From Myxococcota bacterium (GTDB taxonomy: Bacteria > Myxococcota_A > UBA9042 > PHBI01 > JAWLBL01): a stretch of 64,000 bases of DNA. Made by a program: the position numbers and the translations under genes. The stretch spans positions 1 to 64,000 of the forward strand of contig JAWLBL010000011.1 of assembly GCA_041687695.1 (NCBI GenBank), written 5' to 3'. Positions within the stretch are counted from its first letter, which is position 1; the number at the start of each line of letters is the position of its first letter. Below the pieces are notes generated by a model. The model was not told the origin of the DNA. It was given only the letters and a program-made list of their open reading frames with translations, and made no database searches. Positions 37,794 through 46,986 of the stretch are shown one piece after another.

Positions 37794-38957
37794 CTACAGG
37801 CCGTGCAGCTTCGTCAGGATCTCGCGCATGATCTCGCTGGTGCCGCCGCCGATGGTGATGAGGCGCGTGTCGCGCCAGGCGCGGCTGATCTCGTACTCGG
37901 CCATGTAGCCCCAGCCGCCGTGCAGCTGCAGGCAGCGGTCGGCGACCCGGCAGGCCAGCTCGCCGCCGATGAGCTTGGCCATCGTGATCTCGCGCGTCGC
38001 GTTCTGCTTGCGGTTGACGAGATCGACCGCGCGGTAGCAGAGCTGGCGCGCCGCCTCGAGCTCGGCCTCGAGCTGCACGATGAGGTGGCGCACGGTCTGA
38101 AAGCCCGTCAGCGGGCGGTTGAAGGCCTTGCGGTCCTTGCAGTACTCGACCGTCATGTCGAGGATGCGCTGCGCGCCCGACACGGCCGACAGCGCGCCGA
38201 CGAGCCGCTCGCCCTGGAAGTTCTGCATGATGTAGTAGAACCCGGCGTTCTCGGCGCCCAGCAGGTTCTTGCGCGGGATGCGGCAGTCCTCGAAGAACAG
38301 CTCGGCCGTGTCCGAGCAGTGGTTGCCGATCTTCTCGAGCTTCTTGGCGACCTTGAAGCCCTTGGTGTCGGTCGGGAACAGGACCAGGCTGATGCCGCCG
38401 TAGCCTTCGGGGCCGGTGCGGACGGCGAGCGTGATGAAGTCGGCCCGGGTGCCGTTGGTGATGAAGGTCTTGGCGCCGTTGATGACGTAGTCGTCGCCAT
38501 CCTTGCGGGCGGTCGTGCGGATGTTGGCGACGTCCGAGCCGGCGTCGGGCTCGGAGACGCCGAGGGCGGCGATGGCCTGGCCGCGGACGGCCGGCGCCCA
38601 GAAGTTCTCCTTGTGGTAGTCGTTGCCGATCTCACCGATGACCGGCGTGGCCATGTCGCTCTGGACCAGCAGCGCCATGGTGAGCCCGGCCATGCCGCAG
38701 TGCACCATCTCCTCGGCGTAGGCGGCCGTGTACCACCAGTCGAGCCCCTGGCCGCCGAAGGCCTCCGGGACGCGGATGCCCAGCAGGCCCAGCTCGGCGG
38801 CCTGGTCGAAGACCTCGCGCGGGAACAGGCGCGCCGCCTCCCACGCCTCGGCGTTGGGCCGGAGCTCGCTCAGGCACCAGTCGCGGACGGTCTTGCGGAG
38901 CAGCTTGTGCTCTTCGCCAAACTGCGGGTAGCTGCGGCTGCGGACGGCCTCGGACAT
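37794..38957 (-). CDS. Acyl-CoA dehydrogenase
   Basis: ALGVSEPDAGSD, INGAKTFITNG, DTAELFF, CLQLHGGWGY and IGGGTSEIMR motifs. Confidence 0.95.
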   Translation of the reverse strand: MSEAVRSRSYPQFGEEHKLLRKTVRDWCLSELRPNAEAWEAARLFPREVFDQAAELGLLGIRVPEAFGGQGLDWWYTAAYAEEMVHCGMAGLTMALLVQSDMATPVIGEIGNDYHKENFWAPAVRGQAIAALGVSEPDAGSDVANIRTTARKDGDDYVINGAKTFITNGTRADFITLAVRTGPEGYGGISLVLFPTDTKGFKVAKKLEKIGNHCSDTAELFFEDCRIPRKNLLGAENAGFYYIMQNFQGERLVGALSAVSGAQRILDMTVEYCKDRKAFNRPLTGFQTVRHLIVQLEAELEAARQLCYRAVDLVNRKQNATREITMAKLIGGELACRVADRCLQLHGGWGYMAEYEISRAWRDTRLITIGGGTSEIMREILTKLHGL

Positions 38958-39162
38958 GGGGACCTCTTCGGGCAGGGGGGAAGCGTCGGACGCGGAGCAT
39001 AGCCAACGTCCGAGCCGCCCCGCAACGCCAGGCCCCGGTGGGTTCGTCCCAAGCGCGATCCGGCGATCGCCGTCGCCGCCCTGTCGGGGCCGGCGGCGCG
39101 AGCCCCGGATTCATCGGCGCGACACCAAGGAGGCATGCGGTCGACCGGCGCCTGGGCCGACC

Positions 39163-39286
39163 TTGTGCACAGGTTTTCCACAGCCTGTCCGGCCAAGGTT
39201 CGATCGCGGCCCCGCCGCGCGGGGTGCGGGGGAGGCGAGGGTCGAAAGGCCGTTTCGGCGAGCCGTCGCGCGGCCCATGTGGAAAA
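39163..39286. promoter_or_regulatory. Cluster of DnaA-box-like 9-mers
   Basis: TTGTGCACA (39163), TTTTCCACA (39174) and TGTGGAAAA (39278, reverse orientation) within a ~500-bp non-coding gap. Confidence 0.5.
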
Positions 39287-39459
39287 CCTGGGACGCTGGC
39301 CTCGGCCGGGGGTGCGCCTTGTAGACGACCGCGCGCTCGGGGTCAAGGGCTCCTGACGGGTCTCGTCACGCTTCTGTCAAATTTGTCGCGACGAGATTAC
39401 GCAAGGGGGCGAAACGACAGGAGGAGCGCCAAGGCGGCGGGCGGCGGGCCGGCGCGAGG

Positions 39460-40236
39460 TCAGACCGGGAGCCCGAACAGGCGCGCGGTGTTGGCCGTCG
39501 TGGCCGCCGCGACCTCGGCGGAGGTGACCCCGCGCAGGGCGGCGATGCGGTCGACGACGTGCACCACGAAGGCCGGCTCGTTGCGGCGCCCGCGGAAGGG
39601 GATGGGGGCGAGATAGGGGCTGTCGGTCTCGACCATCAGCCGATCGATCGGCGCCTCCCGCACGACCTCGGGCAGCTCGCCGGCGTTCTTGAAGGTCACG
39701 ATGCCCGTGATGCCCAGGTGGAAGCCCAGCTCGAGCCACTGGCGCGCCTCGGCCGCGGTCCCGGTGAAGCAGTGGACGACGCCGCCGACCGCGTCCGCGC
39801 CCTCTTCGCGGGCGATGGCCAGCGCCTCGGCGTGGGCGTCGCGGATGTGCAGGACCAGGGGCTTTCCGACCGCGCGCGCCAGGCGGATGAACCGGCGGAA
39901 CGCCTCGCGCTGCGCGTCGGGCGTGCTGTGATCGTAGTAGTAGTCGAGGCCCGTCTCGCCGATGGCCACGACGCGATCCTGGCGCCCCCAGGCCTCGATG
40001 GCCGCGTAGACCGCCTCGTCGCAGTGGCGGGCGTCGTGCGGGTGGATGCCCACGGTGGCCCAGACGTCCGGCTCGGCGTCGGCCATCGCCAGGGCCGAGC
40101 GGCAGTTGTCGAGGTCGGACCCGCTGCCGATGACGACCATGCGCGCGACGCCGGCCGCCCGGGCGCGCTCGAGCACCTGGGCGCGATCGTCGTCGAAGCG
40201 GCTGGTGTCGATGTGGCAGTGGCTGTCGATGATCAA
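39460..40236 (-). CDS. tatD: TatD family nuclease
   Basis: IDSHCH, GIHPH, IGETGLDY, HCFTG and ETDSPYLAP motifs; the TTG start overlaps the holB stop. Confidence 0.95.
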   Translation of the reverse strand: MIIDSHCHIDTSRFDDDRAQVLERARAAGVARMVVIGSGSDLDNCRSALAMADAEPDVWATVGIHPHDARHCDEAVYAAIEAWGRQDRVVAIGETGLDYYYDHSTPDAQREAFRRFIRLARAVGKPLVLHIRDAHAEALAIAREEGADAVGGVVHCFTGTAAEARQWLELGFHLGITGIVTFKNAGELPEVVREAPIDRLMVETDSPYLAPIPFRGRRNEPAFVVHVVDRIAALRGVTSAEVAAATTANTARLFGLPV

Positions 40237-41306
40237 AGGGGGGCTCCCGGGGCGGTGCCCTCCTCGCCGGGCGGCGCGGTCAGCGCGACGAGGAGCCGCT
40301 CGAAGGCGAGGCGCGGGTTGAGGTTGCGGACCAGCAGGCCGCGCTCGGTCTGTGCGATGAGTTCGAGGCGGTGGAGGACGGCGCTGGTGCCCTGGCGGTG
40401 GGCGAGCGCCTCGGTGACGTCCTGGAGGTGGGGCAGGGCGAGGCCGACGCGCGCGGCGCCGCCGGTCCGAAGGAGCAGCACGTCGCGGTACAGGCGCCGC
40501 AGGATGTCGAGGATGGTCCCGTAGGAGCCCTTTTGATCGGCCAGCTCGCTCGCGAGGGCGAAGGCGTCGAGCACGTCGCCGGGCGGGATGGCGGCGAAGC
40601 GACGGACCAGCGCGTCGCGGCCGGCCATGACGGGATCGTCGCGCAGGGCGAGCGCTGCGCCCAGGCTGCCGTCGCCCAGGGCGGCCAGGGCCGCGGCCTC
40701 GTCGGCGGCGACGCCGTGGCGCTCGGCGAGCGCGCGCGCGATGCCGTCGACGGGGAGCCGGCCGAACAGCATGCGCTGGCAGCGCGAGCGGATGGTCGTC
40801 AGCAGGGCGTCGGGCCGGCTCGTGACCAGCACGAAGCGGGTGCGGCTCGACGGCTCCTCGAGCGTCTTGAGCAGCGCGTTGGCGGCCGCCTCGTTCATCG
40901 CGTCGGCCGGGTCGACGACGACGACGCGGTAGGCGGCCTCGAGCGGCGGGAAGGGCACGAGGCGAATGATCTCGCGGACCTGCTCGATCTTGATCTGGCG
41001 GCTGCCCTGCAGCGTCAGCGTCAGCACGTCGGGGTGCGACTCGGGCACGCGCAGGATGCGGTCGCAGTGTCGGCACGCGCCGCAGGCGTCCACGCGGCGG
41101 CCCTGGGCGTCGGTCGGGGCCTCGCCGGTGCAGTTGACCAGGGCGGCGAAGGCGCGGGCCACGCCGCGCTTTCCCACGCCGTCGGGGCCGGCGAACAGGT
41201 AGGCGTGGTGGACGGTGCCGGACGCGTGGGCCTGCACGAGCGCGTCGACGACGCGCGCGTGGCCCATGAGCTCGCTCAGCCGGGGGTGACGCTCCACGCG
41301 GCGCAC
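40233..41306 (-). CDS. holB: DNA polymerase III subunit delta-prime
   Basis: HAYLFAGPDGVGK, Zn module CGACRHC, HPD, AANALLKTLEEP and TIRSRC; start uncertain. Confidence 0.92.
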   Translation of the reverse strand: MRRVERHPRLSELMGHARVVDALVQAHASGTVHHAYLFAGPDGVGKRGVARAFAALVNCTGEAPTDAQGRRVDACGACRHCDRILRVPESHPDVLTLTLQGSRQIKIEQVREIIRLVPFPPLEAAYRVVVVDPADAMNEAAANALLKTLEEPSSRTRFVLVTSRPDALLTTIRSRCQRMLFGRLPVDGIARALAERHGVAADEAAALAALGDGSLGAALALRDDPVMAGRDALVRRFAAIPPGDVLDAFALASELADQKGSYGTILDILRRLYRDVLLLRTGGAARVGLALPHLQDVTEALAHRQGTSAVLHRLELIAQTERGLLVRNLNPRLAFERLLVALTAPPGEEGTAPGAPL

Positions 41307-41547
41307 TGTAGCCCCGATGTTCCGCCAGGGTCCAGACGCGAGGACGCCCCCCCGACCTCCTCCGACCGGCTCAACCCACCTGTCGCTCACAGGTTCCCGC
41401 GCCGCTGGGTTAGGCTCGTCGCACGAGCTTCGAAGACATCCGCCGCCCTGCCCGCGGTGGCTTCCCGCCGGCTCGCCCCGCCTGTGCCACGCGTCTCGTC
41501 ACGCGCGTCTCCCCCGTACGCCTCCCGGTGCCCTCCGAGGAGCCCGC

Positions 41548-42312
41548 ATGCGTGTCTTCTATCATCCCCTCTCGCCCTACTGCCGCAAGGTCCTGCTCGC
41601 CCTGTACGAGAAGGCCGTCCCCTTCGAGGCCGAGATCGTCAACCTGGTCGATCCGGACGCCCGCGAGGCCTTCGTCCGCGAGGTCAACCCGCTCGGCCGC
41701 GTCCCCTTCGTCGTCACCGAGCGCGGCGATCGCCTGCAGGAGTCGACCATCCTCATCGAGCTGCTCGAGGAGCGCTTCCCCGTCCCCCCTCGGCTCCTCA
41801 ACGTCCAGCCCGACGCCGCCCGCGCCGCGCGCCTCGCCGACCGCCTCGGCGACCAGTACCTCATCGACCCCGCGGCCGTTCTGCTCGACGAGCAGTCGCG
41901 CCCCGCCGCCACGCGCGATCGCGAGGCCGTCCAGGCCAACGCCGAGCTGGTCCGCCGCGGCCTGGCCTGGCTCGACGAGCGCCTGTCCATGCACCGGTTC
42001 TGCGCCGGCCCCGCCTTCACCCTGGGCGACCTCGCCCCCTCCGTGGGCCTGTACGACCTCCAGATGGCCGGCTGGTCCTTCGCCGCCTGGCCGCGCGTGT
42101 CCCGCTGGCTCGCCGAGGTGCTCGACCGCCCCGCCTGGCAGCGCGTGCTCGCCGAGTCCGAGCCGTTCCTGACCGCCTGGTGCGATCCCGCGCGCGACCT
42201 ACCCCTTGCGTCGACGCGACGGACCGACGCTGCTAGGCTCTGCCGCGATGAGCCCACTACGCACGCCGCGAGCGATTCTCTTCGTCCTCCTCTGCACTTG
42301 CGCATCGTCTGA
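41548..42312 (+). CDS. Glutathione S-transferase family protein
   Basis: SPYCRKV, NPLGRVP, ESTILIE and FTLGDL motifs; GAGGAG RBS before ATG 41548. Confidence 0.9.
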   Translation: MRVFYHPLSPYCRKVLLALYEKAVPFEAEIVNLVDPDAREAFVREVNPLGRVPFVVTERGDRLQESTILIELLEERFPVPPRLLNVQPDAARAARLADRLGDQYLIDPAAVLLDEQSRPAATRDREAVQANAELVRRGLAWLDERLSMHRFCAGPAFTLGDLAPSVGLYDLQMAGWSFAAWPRVSRWLAEVLDRPAWQRVLAESEPFLTAWCDPARDLPLASTRRTDAARLCRDEPTTHAASDSLRPPLHLRIV

Positions 42313-44005
42313 GGTCTTCGCCCAGCCGTCCGGCGCCACCGTCTGGGTGCCCGAGGCGTGGCGCGATCGGGCCCGGCGCCTGATGGACCCCGGCGACGGC
42401 GGCCTGCCCGGCGGCCTGCGGCTCGACAAGGTCGAGCTCGGCGATCGCGTCACGGCGCACTACGCCGGCGCCGGCGGCCGCCTGACGGTCGAGGCGCTCC
42501 CGCCCGCCCAGGCGGGCCCCGACGCGGCCTGGCGCGGCGACCGGCTGGCGCTCGTCGTGCGGTCGGCCACGGTCGCGGACGCCCAGCGTGATGCCGCGGT
42601 CGAGGCCCTGTCCCGCATGCTCCAGCAGCGCGAGTCCGCCTGGGGATGGCTCAAGCAGTCCCCCGAGCAGGGCCCGGCCGGCGACGCCGAGCGCCAGCGC
42701 CTCGCCGAGCTCCTCGAGCGGGCCGAGCGACTCGCGGCCCTCGGGCAGCACGCAGCCGCGACCCAGGCGCTCGAGCAGCTCCGCGCCACGCCCCCCGGCG
42801 ACCTGCCCAGCTTGCTGCGCCTCGCGCGCCTGAGCCATCGGGTGCCCATCGCGCCCGAGCTGCGCGGCGCCCTGACCGAGCCGGCCGTCCAGACCGCCGC
42901 CCGCGGGCAGGCCAGCCTCTCCGAGGAGGGCGAGGCGCTCGATCGGCTCCGGCTCGCCCTGGGCAGCGCCCTGGCCCTCGCGGGCAAACCCGAAGAGGCG
43001 CGCCGCCTGGTCGGCCCGATCGTCAAGGCCGGGCGCGTGCCGTGCGACGCCTGGCGTGTCGCCGCGGACCTGGGCCTGGCCGGCGCCGTCGACCATGGCC
43101 GCGCCGTGGCCGACCTCGTCGTGCGGGCCGAGCCGCGCTGCGACGCCGCGCATGCGGTCCGCGTCCGGCTGGCGCGCCAGGCGGGCGACCTCGCCGCGGC
43201 CCGCCTGGCCGGCGGGGAAGCGCTGGCCGCCCGCCCTGACGCCGCCCTGGCCCGCTCGGCGATGGTGCCGGTCGCGATGGCCGATGGCGACCCGGGCCAG
43301 GCCATCACCTACGCGCGCGTGGGCCTGCGCGAGCAGCCGACCGACGCCGACGCCCTGGCCGCCGTGACGGCGCTGGTCGGCGGCGGCGCCCTCGACCCCA
43401 TCACCGCCGACCGCTGGAAGGGCTCGATGCGCCGCCACGTCGCGCAGGGGCCGCTGCAGCTGCAGGGCCTCGTAGCCTGCCTGGCGCTCGAGGAGCCGGC
43501 CTGCGCCCTGGACGCCGCGCGGCAAGCGCGGGCGGCGGTCGGTGATCAGCCGCTGCTGGCGGCGCTCGAGGCGATCGCCCACGCGCGCGCCGGCCAGCTG
43601 CCCGAGGCGAAGACCGCGCTGGCCCTGGCCTGGGCGCGGACGCCGTTCGCGACCGCCACGCTGGTGGCCGAGGCCGAGGTCGCCATGGCCGAGGGAGACG
43701 CCGCGCACGCGCGTCAGGCCTGGAGCGCCTACGTCGCCGCCGCCGAGCGCCCCGAGGCCGTCGTCGGCCCGGTCTCGCTGGCGGACGCGCGCGCCCTGGC
43801 CAGCGGCGCTGCCCGTCCCGGGCTCAAGGCGGACCCGCCGCTGAGCGCGCAGGTCGCGCCCGAGCCTGCGCAGCTGCCGCCGGCCCCCAGCGATGCAGCG
43901 GCCCGCGAGGCGCAGGACAAGCGCTGGCTGGTCTACGGCCTGGCGATGTTCCTCACGCTGGCTCTGGCGATCGCCCTAGCGATGCGGCGACGGCGGAAGG
44001 GCTGA
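42248..44005 (+). CDS. Secreted TPR-like helical protein with a C-terminal membrane anchor
   Basis: Signal peptide, Ala/Leu-rich helical repeats, and terminal WLVYGLAMFLTLALAIALAM-RRRRKG. Confidence 0.7.
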   Translation: MSPLRTPRAILFVLLCTCASSEVFAQPSGATVWVPEAWRDRARRLMDPGDGGLPGGLRLDKVELGDRVTAHYAGAGGRLTVEALPPAQAGPDAAWRGDRLALVVRSATVADAQRDAAVEALSRMLQQRESAWGWLKQSPEQGPAGDAERQRLAELLERAERLAALGQHAAATQALEQLRATPPGDLPSLLRLARLSHRVPIAPELRGALTEPAVQTAARGQASLSEEGEALDRLRLALGSALALAGKPEEARRLVGPIVKAGRVPCDAWRVAADLGLAGAVDHGRAVADLVVRAEPRCDAAHAVRVRLARQAGDLAAARLAGGEALAARPDAALARSAMVPVAMADGDPGQAITYARVGLREQPTDADALAAVTALVGGGALDPITADRWKGSMRRHVAQGPLQLQGLVACLALEEPACALDAARQARAAVGDQPLLAALEAIAHARAGQLPEAKTALALAWARTPFATATLVAEAEVAMAEGDAAHARQAWSAYVAAAERPEAVVGPVSLADARALASGAARPGLKADPPLSAQVAPEPAQLPPAPSDAAAREAQDKRWLVYGLAMFLTLALAIALAMRRRRKG

Positions 44006-45098
44006 GGGCGCCGGCCGCGTCCGGATCGCTCGCCGCGCCATCGCCGCTCGCGTCCAGGCGCGGGCGCTCGGCGCGCTCGGGCTCGGCGCCGACCGGCTGC
44101 TCGTCCCAGGCGCGCGCCATGAAGCGGGTGACGTCCGCGAGCCCCGCGAAGAAGCCGATCTGGCGATAAGGCAGGCCCCGGGCCTCGCAGAAGTCGCGCA
44201 CGATGGGCTCGGCCACGTGCATGCGGCCGTGCGGGATGCGCGGGAACAGGTGATGCTCGAGCTGGTGGTCGAGGCCGACGAACAGCCACGACGCCCAGCG
44301 GGGGACGGCGAAGTTGCGCGTGGTCTCGATCTGCAGCGTCCAGGTGTCGGGGTGCGAGGCGTATAGCGGCAGGCCGAGGTGCGCCGGCGTGAAGATGGCG
44401 GACAGGTAGACGCCCACCAGGGCCCAGACCGCGACGTAGAAGCCGACGGCGGGCCAGAAGCCGACGATCAGCGCCGGGACGAGCAGCCAGGCCACGTGGT
44501 GGGCGATCATGCAGCCCACATCGGCCCAGAAGGCGCCGTCGCGGCCCCGGCGCGTGCGGCCGCGGCGGATGAGGTAGCCGAAGCTCGAGGCCGTCATCGA
44601 GAAGGCGAGGAAGCTCGTCAGCGGCCAGAAGAGGTAGCCCTGCAGGTGGCGCTGGAACCAGCGCCGCACGGGGCCCGAGCGCTCGTGCGCGACGCGGCTC
44701 GAGGCCATGGGCCACAGCTCGAGGTCCTCGTCGTGGTCCACCACGTTCGGCTGGCCGTGGTGCTTCACGTTGTGCTTGTCCTTCCAGTACAGCGCGCTGA
44801 GGCCGCCGACGAGCGGGAAGGCGATATGCAGCAGCAGCTCGTTGCGCCAGCGGCTGCGCGACAGGCTGCGGTGGCCGCCCTCGTGGCCGAGCATGGCGGC
44901 GACGGTGACGGTCAGGGCCGTCACGGGGAGCAGCAGCAGGGACGCCCACAGGGGCAGGGTCAGGTGCAGGGCCACCAACCCGGCGAACACGGCGAGCAGC
45001 AGGGCGAGCTCGACCCAGGTGCGCGCCTCGTGGCGCTCGAAGGCGCCGGCCTCGGTGAGCGCGCGGCGCAGGTCTCGGATGTCGGTCGGGCTGAGCAA
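43953..45098 (-). CDS. Membrane fatty acid desaturase
   Basis: His boxes HEGGH, HNVKHH and HQLEHHLFP; TTG start with GAGGAG RBS. Confidence 0.92.
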   Translation of the reverse strand: MLSPTDIRDLRRALTEAGAFERHEARTWVELALLLAVFAGLVALHLTLPLWASLLLLPVTALTVTVAAMLGHEGGHRSLSRSRWRNELLLHIAFPLVGGLSALYWKDKHNVKHHGQPNVVDHDEDLELWPMASSRVAHERSGPVRRWFQRHLQGYLFWPLTSFLAFSMTASSFGYLIRRGRTRRGRDGAFWADVGCMIAHHVAWLLVPALIVGFWPAVGFYVAVWALVGVYLSAIFTPAHLGLPLYASHPDTWTLQIETTRNFAVPRWASWLFVGLDHQLEHHLFPRIPHGRMHVAEPIVRDFCEARGLPYRQIGFFAGLADVTRFMARAWDEQPVGAEPERAERPRLDASGDGAASDPDAAGALSPSAVAASLGRSPEPA

Positions 45099-45174
45099 AG
45101 CTGGGCTCCTCGGGGCATGGGATGCGACCCAACCATAACCTCCCCGAGGCCGCGACGACCGCTCTGGCTGGGCC

Positions 45175-45191
45175 TTTTACCAACGTTTGAC
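45175..45191 (-). promoter_or_regulatory. Possible OmpR-family direct-repeat binding site
   Basis: Minus strand GTCAAA-N5-GTAAAA (11-bp period), upstream of a TATGGT -10-like hexamer facing the desaturase. Confidence 0.35.
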
Positions 45192-45225
45192 ACAGAGGCG
45201 GGGCGCCCCTCAGCATCCTCCCAGC

Positions 45226-46242
45226 ATGACCTCGACGCCTCCCCGGTCCGCCCCCCCGAGCCGCGCCATGTCGCGCCTGCGCCGCCGCCTCGCGGCGCCG
45301 GACAGCCGGCTGCTGCAGGGCGTGACGGTGCGCAAGCGCGGCTTCTGGGCCGGCTGGGGCGGCGTCGTCACCGCCGTCGTGCTCGGCGCCGTGTTGGTCG
45401 CCCTGCTCGTGGGCTGGGTCCTGCTCTGGGTCTATCGCCCCGGCGGCCCCAGCATCACCCTGTTGACCCTCGGCTCCATCGCCTTCGCCGCCGTGCTGGT
45501 CGTCCTCACGACCCTGGTCGTGCAGCTGCGCGGCCAGACGCGCCTGCGCAACGCCGAGGCCGTCTTCCTGGCCGCCGCCAGCCACAACCTCCGCACGCCG
45601 CTCGCCGGCATCCGCGCCGCCGCCCAGACCCTGCAGCGCCCCGAGCTGCCCCCGGACCGCCGCGACGCCCTCCTCGAGCGCATCGTCCACGAGACCGGCC
45701 GCCTCGGCCGCCTCGTCGACAACATCCTCGAGAGCGGCCGCCTCGAGGTCGAGGGCGTGGCCTTCGAGAACGCGCTCATCGCCATGACCGACCTCGTGCA
45801 GGTCGCCGTCGCCGACCTCGCGCCCATCGCCGAGCTGCAGGGCGGCTCCGTCCACTTCACCGCGTCGGACGCCTGTCTCGTGCACGGCGATCGCACCGCG
45901 CTGCGCCTGCTCATCGACAACCTGCTCGACAACGCCCTCAAGTACAGCGAGGGCGCCCCCGACATCCGCGTTGGCGTCGAGCCGGTGCAGGGCTTCGCCC
46001 TGGTCCGCGTCACCGATGCCGGCCTCGGCTTCTCGACGGGCCACTCCGAGAGCCTGTTCCGCCGCTTCGCCCGCGGCTCCGACACCGGCCGCCCCGGCAC
46101 CGGCCTGGGCCTCGCCCTCGCCCGCGCCATCGCCCGCGGCCACGGCGGCGACGTCCACCTGTCCAGCGAGGGCCTCGGCCGCGGCGCCACGGCCGAGCTG
46201 TGGCTGCCGCTGGCCGGCGCGCGCCCCGAGGAGCGCCCATGA
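45226..46242 (+). CDS. Sensor histidine kinase (two TM helices, minimal extracellular loop)
   Basis: H-box SHNLRTPL, N-box NLLDNALKYS, DAGLG and GTGLGL; start uncertain (45226 or 45268). Confidence 0.9.
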   Translation: MTSTPPRSAPPSRAMSRLRRRLAAPDSRLLQGVTVRKRGFWAGWGGVVTAVVLGAVLVALLVGWVLLWVYRPGGPSITLLTLGSIAFAAVLVVLTTLVVQLRGQTRLRNAEAVFLAAASHNLRTPLAGIRAAAQTLQRPELPPDRRDALLERIVHETGRLGRLVDNILESGRLEVEGVAFENALIAMTDLVQVAVADLAPIAELQGGSVHFTASDACLVHGDRTALRLLIDNLLDNALKYSEGAPDIRVGVEPVQGFALVRVTDAGLGFSTGHSESLFRRFARGSDTGRPGTGLGLALARAIARGHGGDVHLSSEGLGRGATAELWLPLAGARPEERP

Positions 46243-46976
46243 CCCCGCCGCGCGCGCGTCTGCTCGTCGTCGAGGACGACGTCACCCTGGGGCTGACCCT
46301 CGAGACCAACCTCGGCCTGTCCGGCTACGAGACGGTCCTGGCCACCACTCTGGCCGCCGCCCGCGCCGAGTTGGCCGACGAGGCCACCCCGCCGCCCGAC
46401 CTCATCGTCCTCGACCTGGGGCTGCCCGACGGCGACGGGCTGACGCTGTGCCGCGAGCTGCGCCAGGCCGGCTGGACGCTGCCCATCCTCATCCTCACCG
46501 CGCGCGGCCAACTCGACGCCCGGATCCGCGGCCTGCGCGAGGGCGCCGACGACTATGTCGCCAAGCCGTTCGACGTGCCCGAGCTCGAGGCCCGCGTCGA
46601 GGCCCTCCTGCGGCGCGTCCGCTGGTCCAGCGAGGCCGTCGAGCGCGCGGGCGAGGGCCCGTCGCCGTGGCTGCGGGTCGGCCAGCTCGAGGTCCACTTC
46701 CCCAGCTACCGCGCCACCGCCTCCGGCGCCCCCGTCGAGCTGACGGCGCTCGAGTTCGAGCTGCTCGCCTACTTCACCGAGCGCCTGGGCGAGGTCGTCA
46801 CGCGTGAGGATCTCCTCGCGGACGTCTGGGGCGTGCCGCGGACTCTCAAGACGCGCACCGTGGACGTCTTCGTCAGCCGGCTGCGCAAGCTCATCGAGCC
46901 CGAGCCCACCCAGCCCCGTCACCTGCTCAGCGTGCGGGGCGTGGGCTACCGGCTCGTCGTCGATCCCAGCGGCTGA
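46239..46976 (+). CDS. OmpR-family response regulator
   Basis: LLVVEDD, LDLGLPDGDG, GADDYVAKPF, TVDVFVSRLRK and VRGVGY; ATGA overlap with the kinase. Confidence 0.93.
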   Translation: MTPPRARLLVVEDDVTLGLTLETNLGLSGYETVLATTLAAARAELADEATPPPDLIVLDLGLPDGDGLTLCRELRQAGWTLPILILTARGQLDARIRGLREGADDYVAKPFDVPELEARVEALLRRVRWSSEAVERAGEGPSPWLRVGQLEVHFPSYRATASGAPVELTALEFELLAYFTERLGEVVTREDLLADVWGVPRTLKTRTVDVFVSRLRKLIEPEPTQPRHLLSVRGVGYRLVVDPSG

Positions 46977-46986
46977 CCGCCGCGCC

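Noticed and set aside
39460..41076. 538-aa TatD with a long N-terminal extension
   Set aside because: The extension overlaps holB in another frame; the true start is TTG 40236.
42190..42312. GST C-terminal extension overlapping the next gene as a frameshift or pseudogene
   Set aside because: The GST domain is complete; the 65-bp overlap may be a lost stop and cannot be resolved from this sequence.
44379..46976. 865-aa response regulator fusion
   Set aside because: Only the part from ATG 46239 is regulator-like; the rest overlaps the desaturase and kinase genes.
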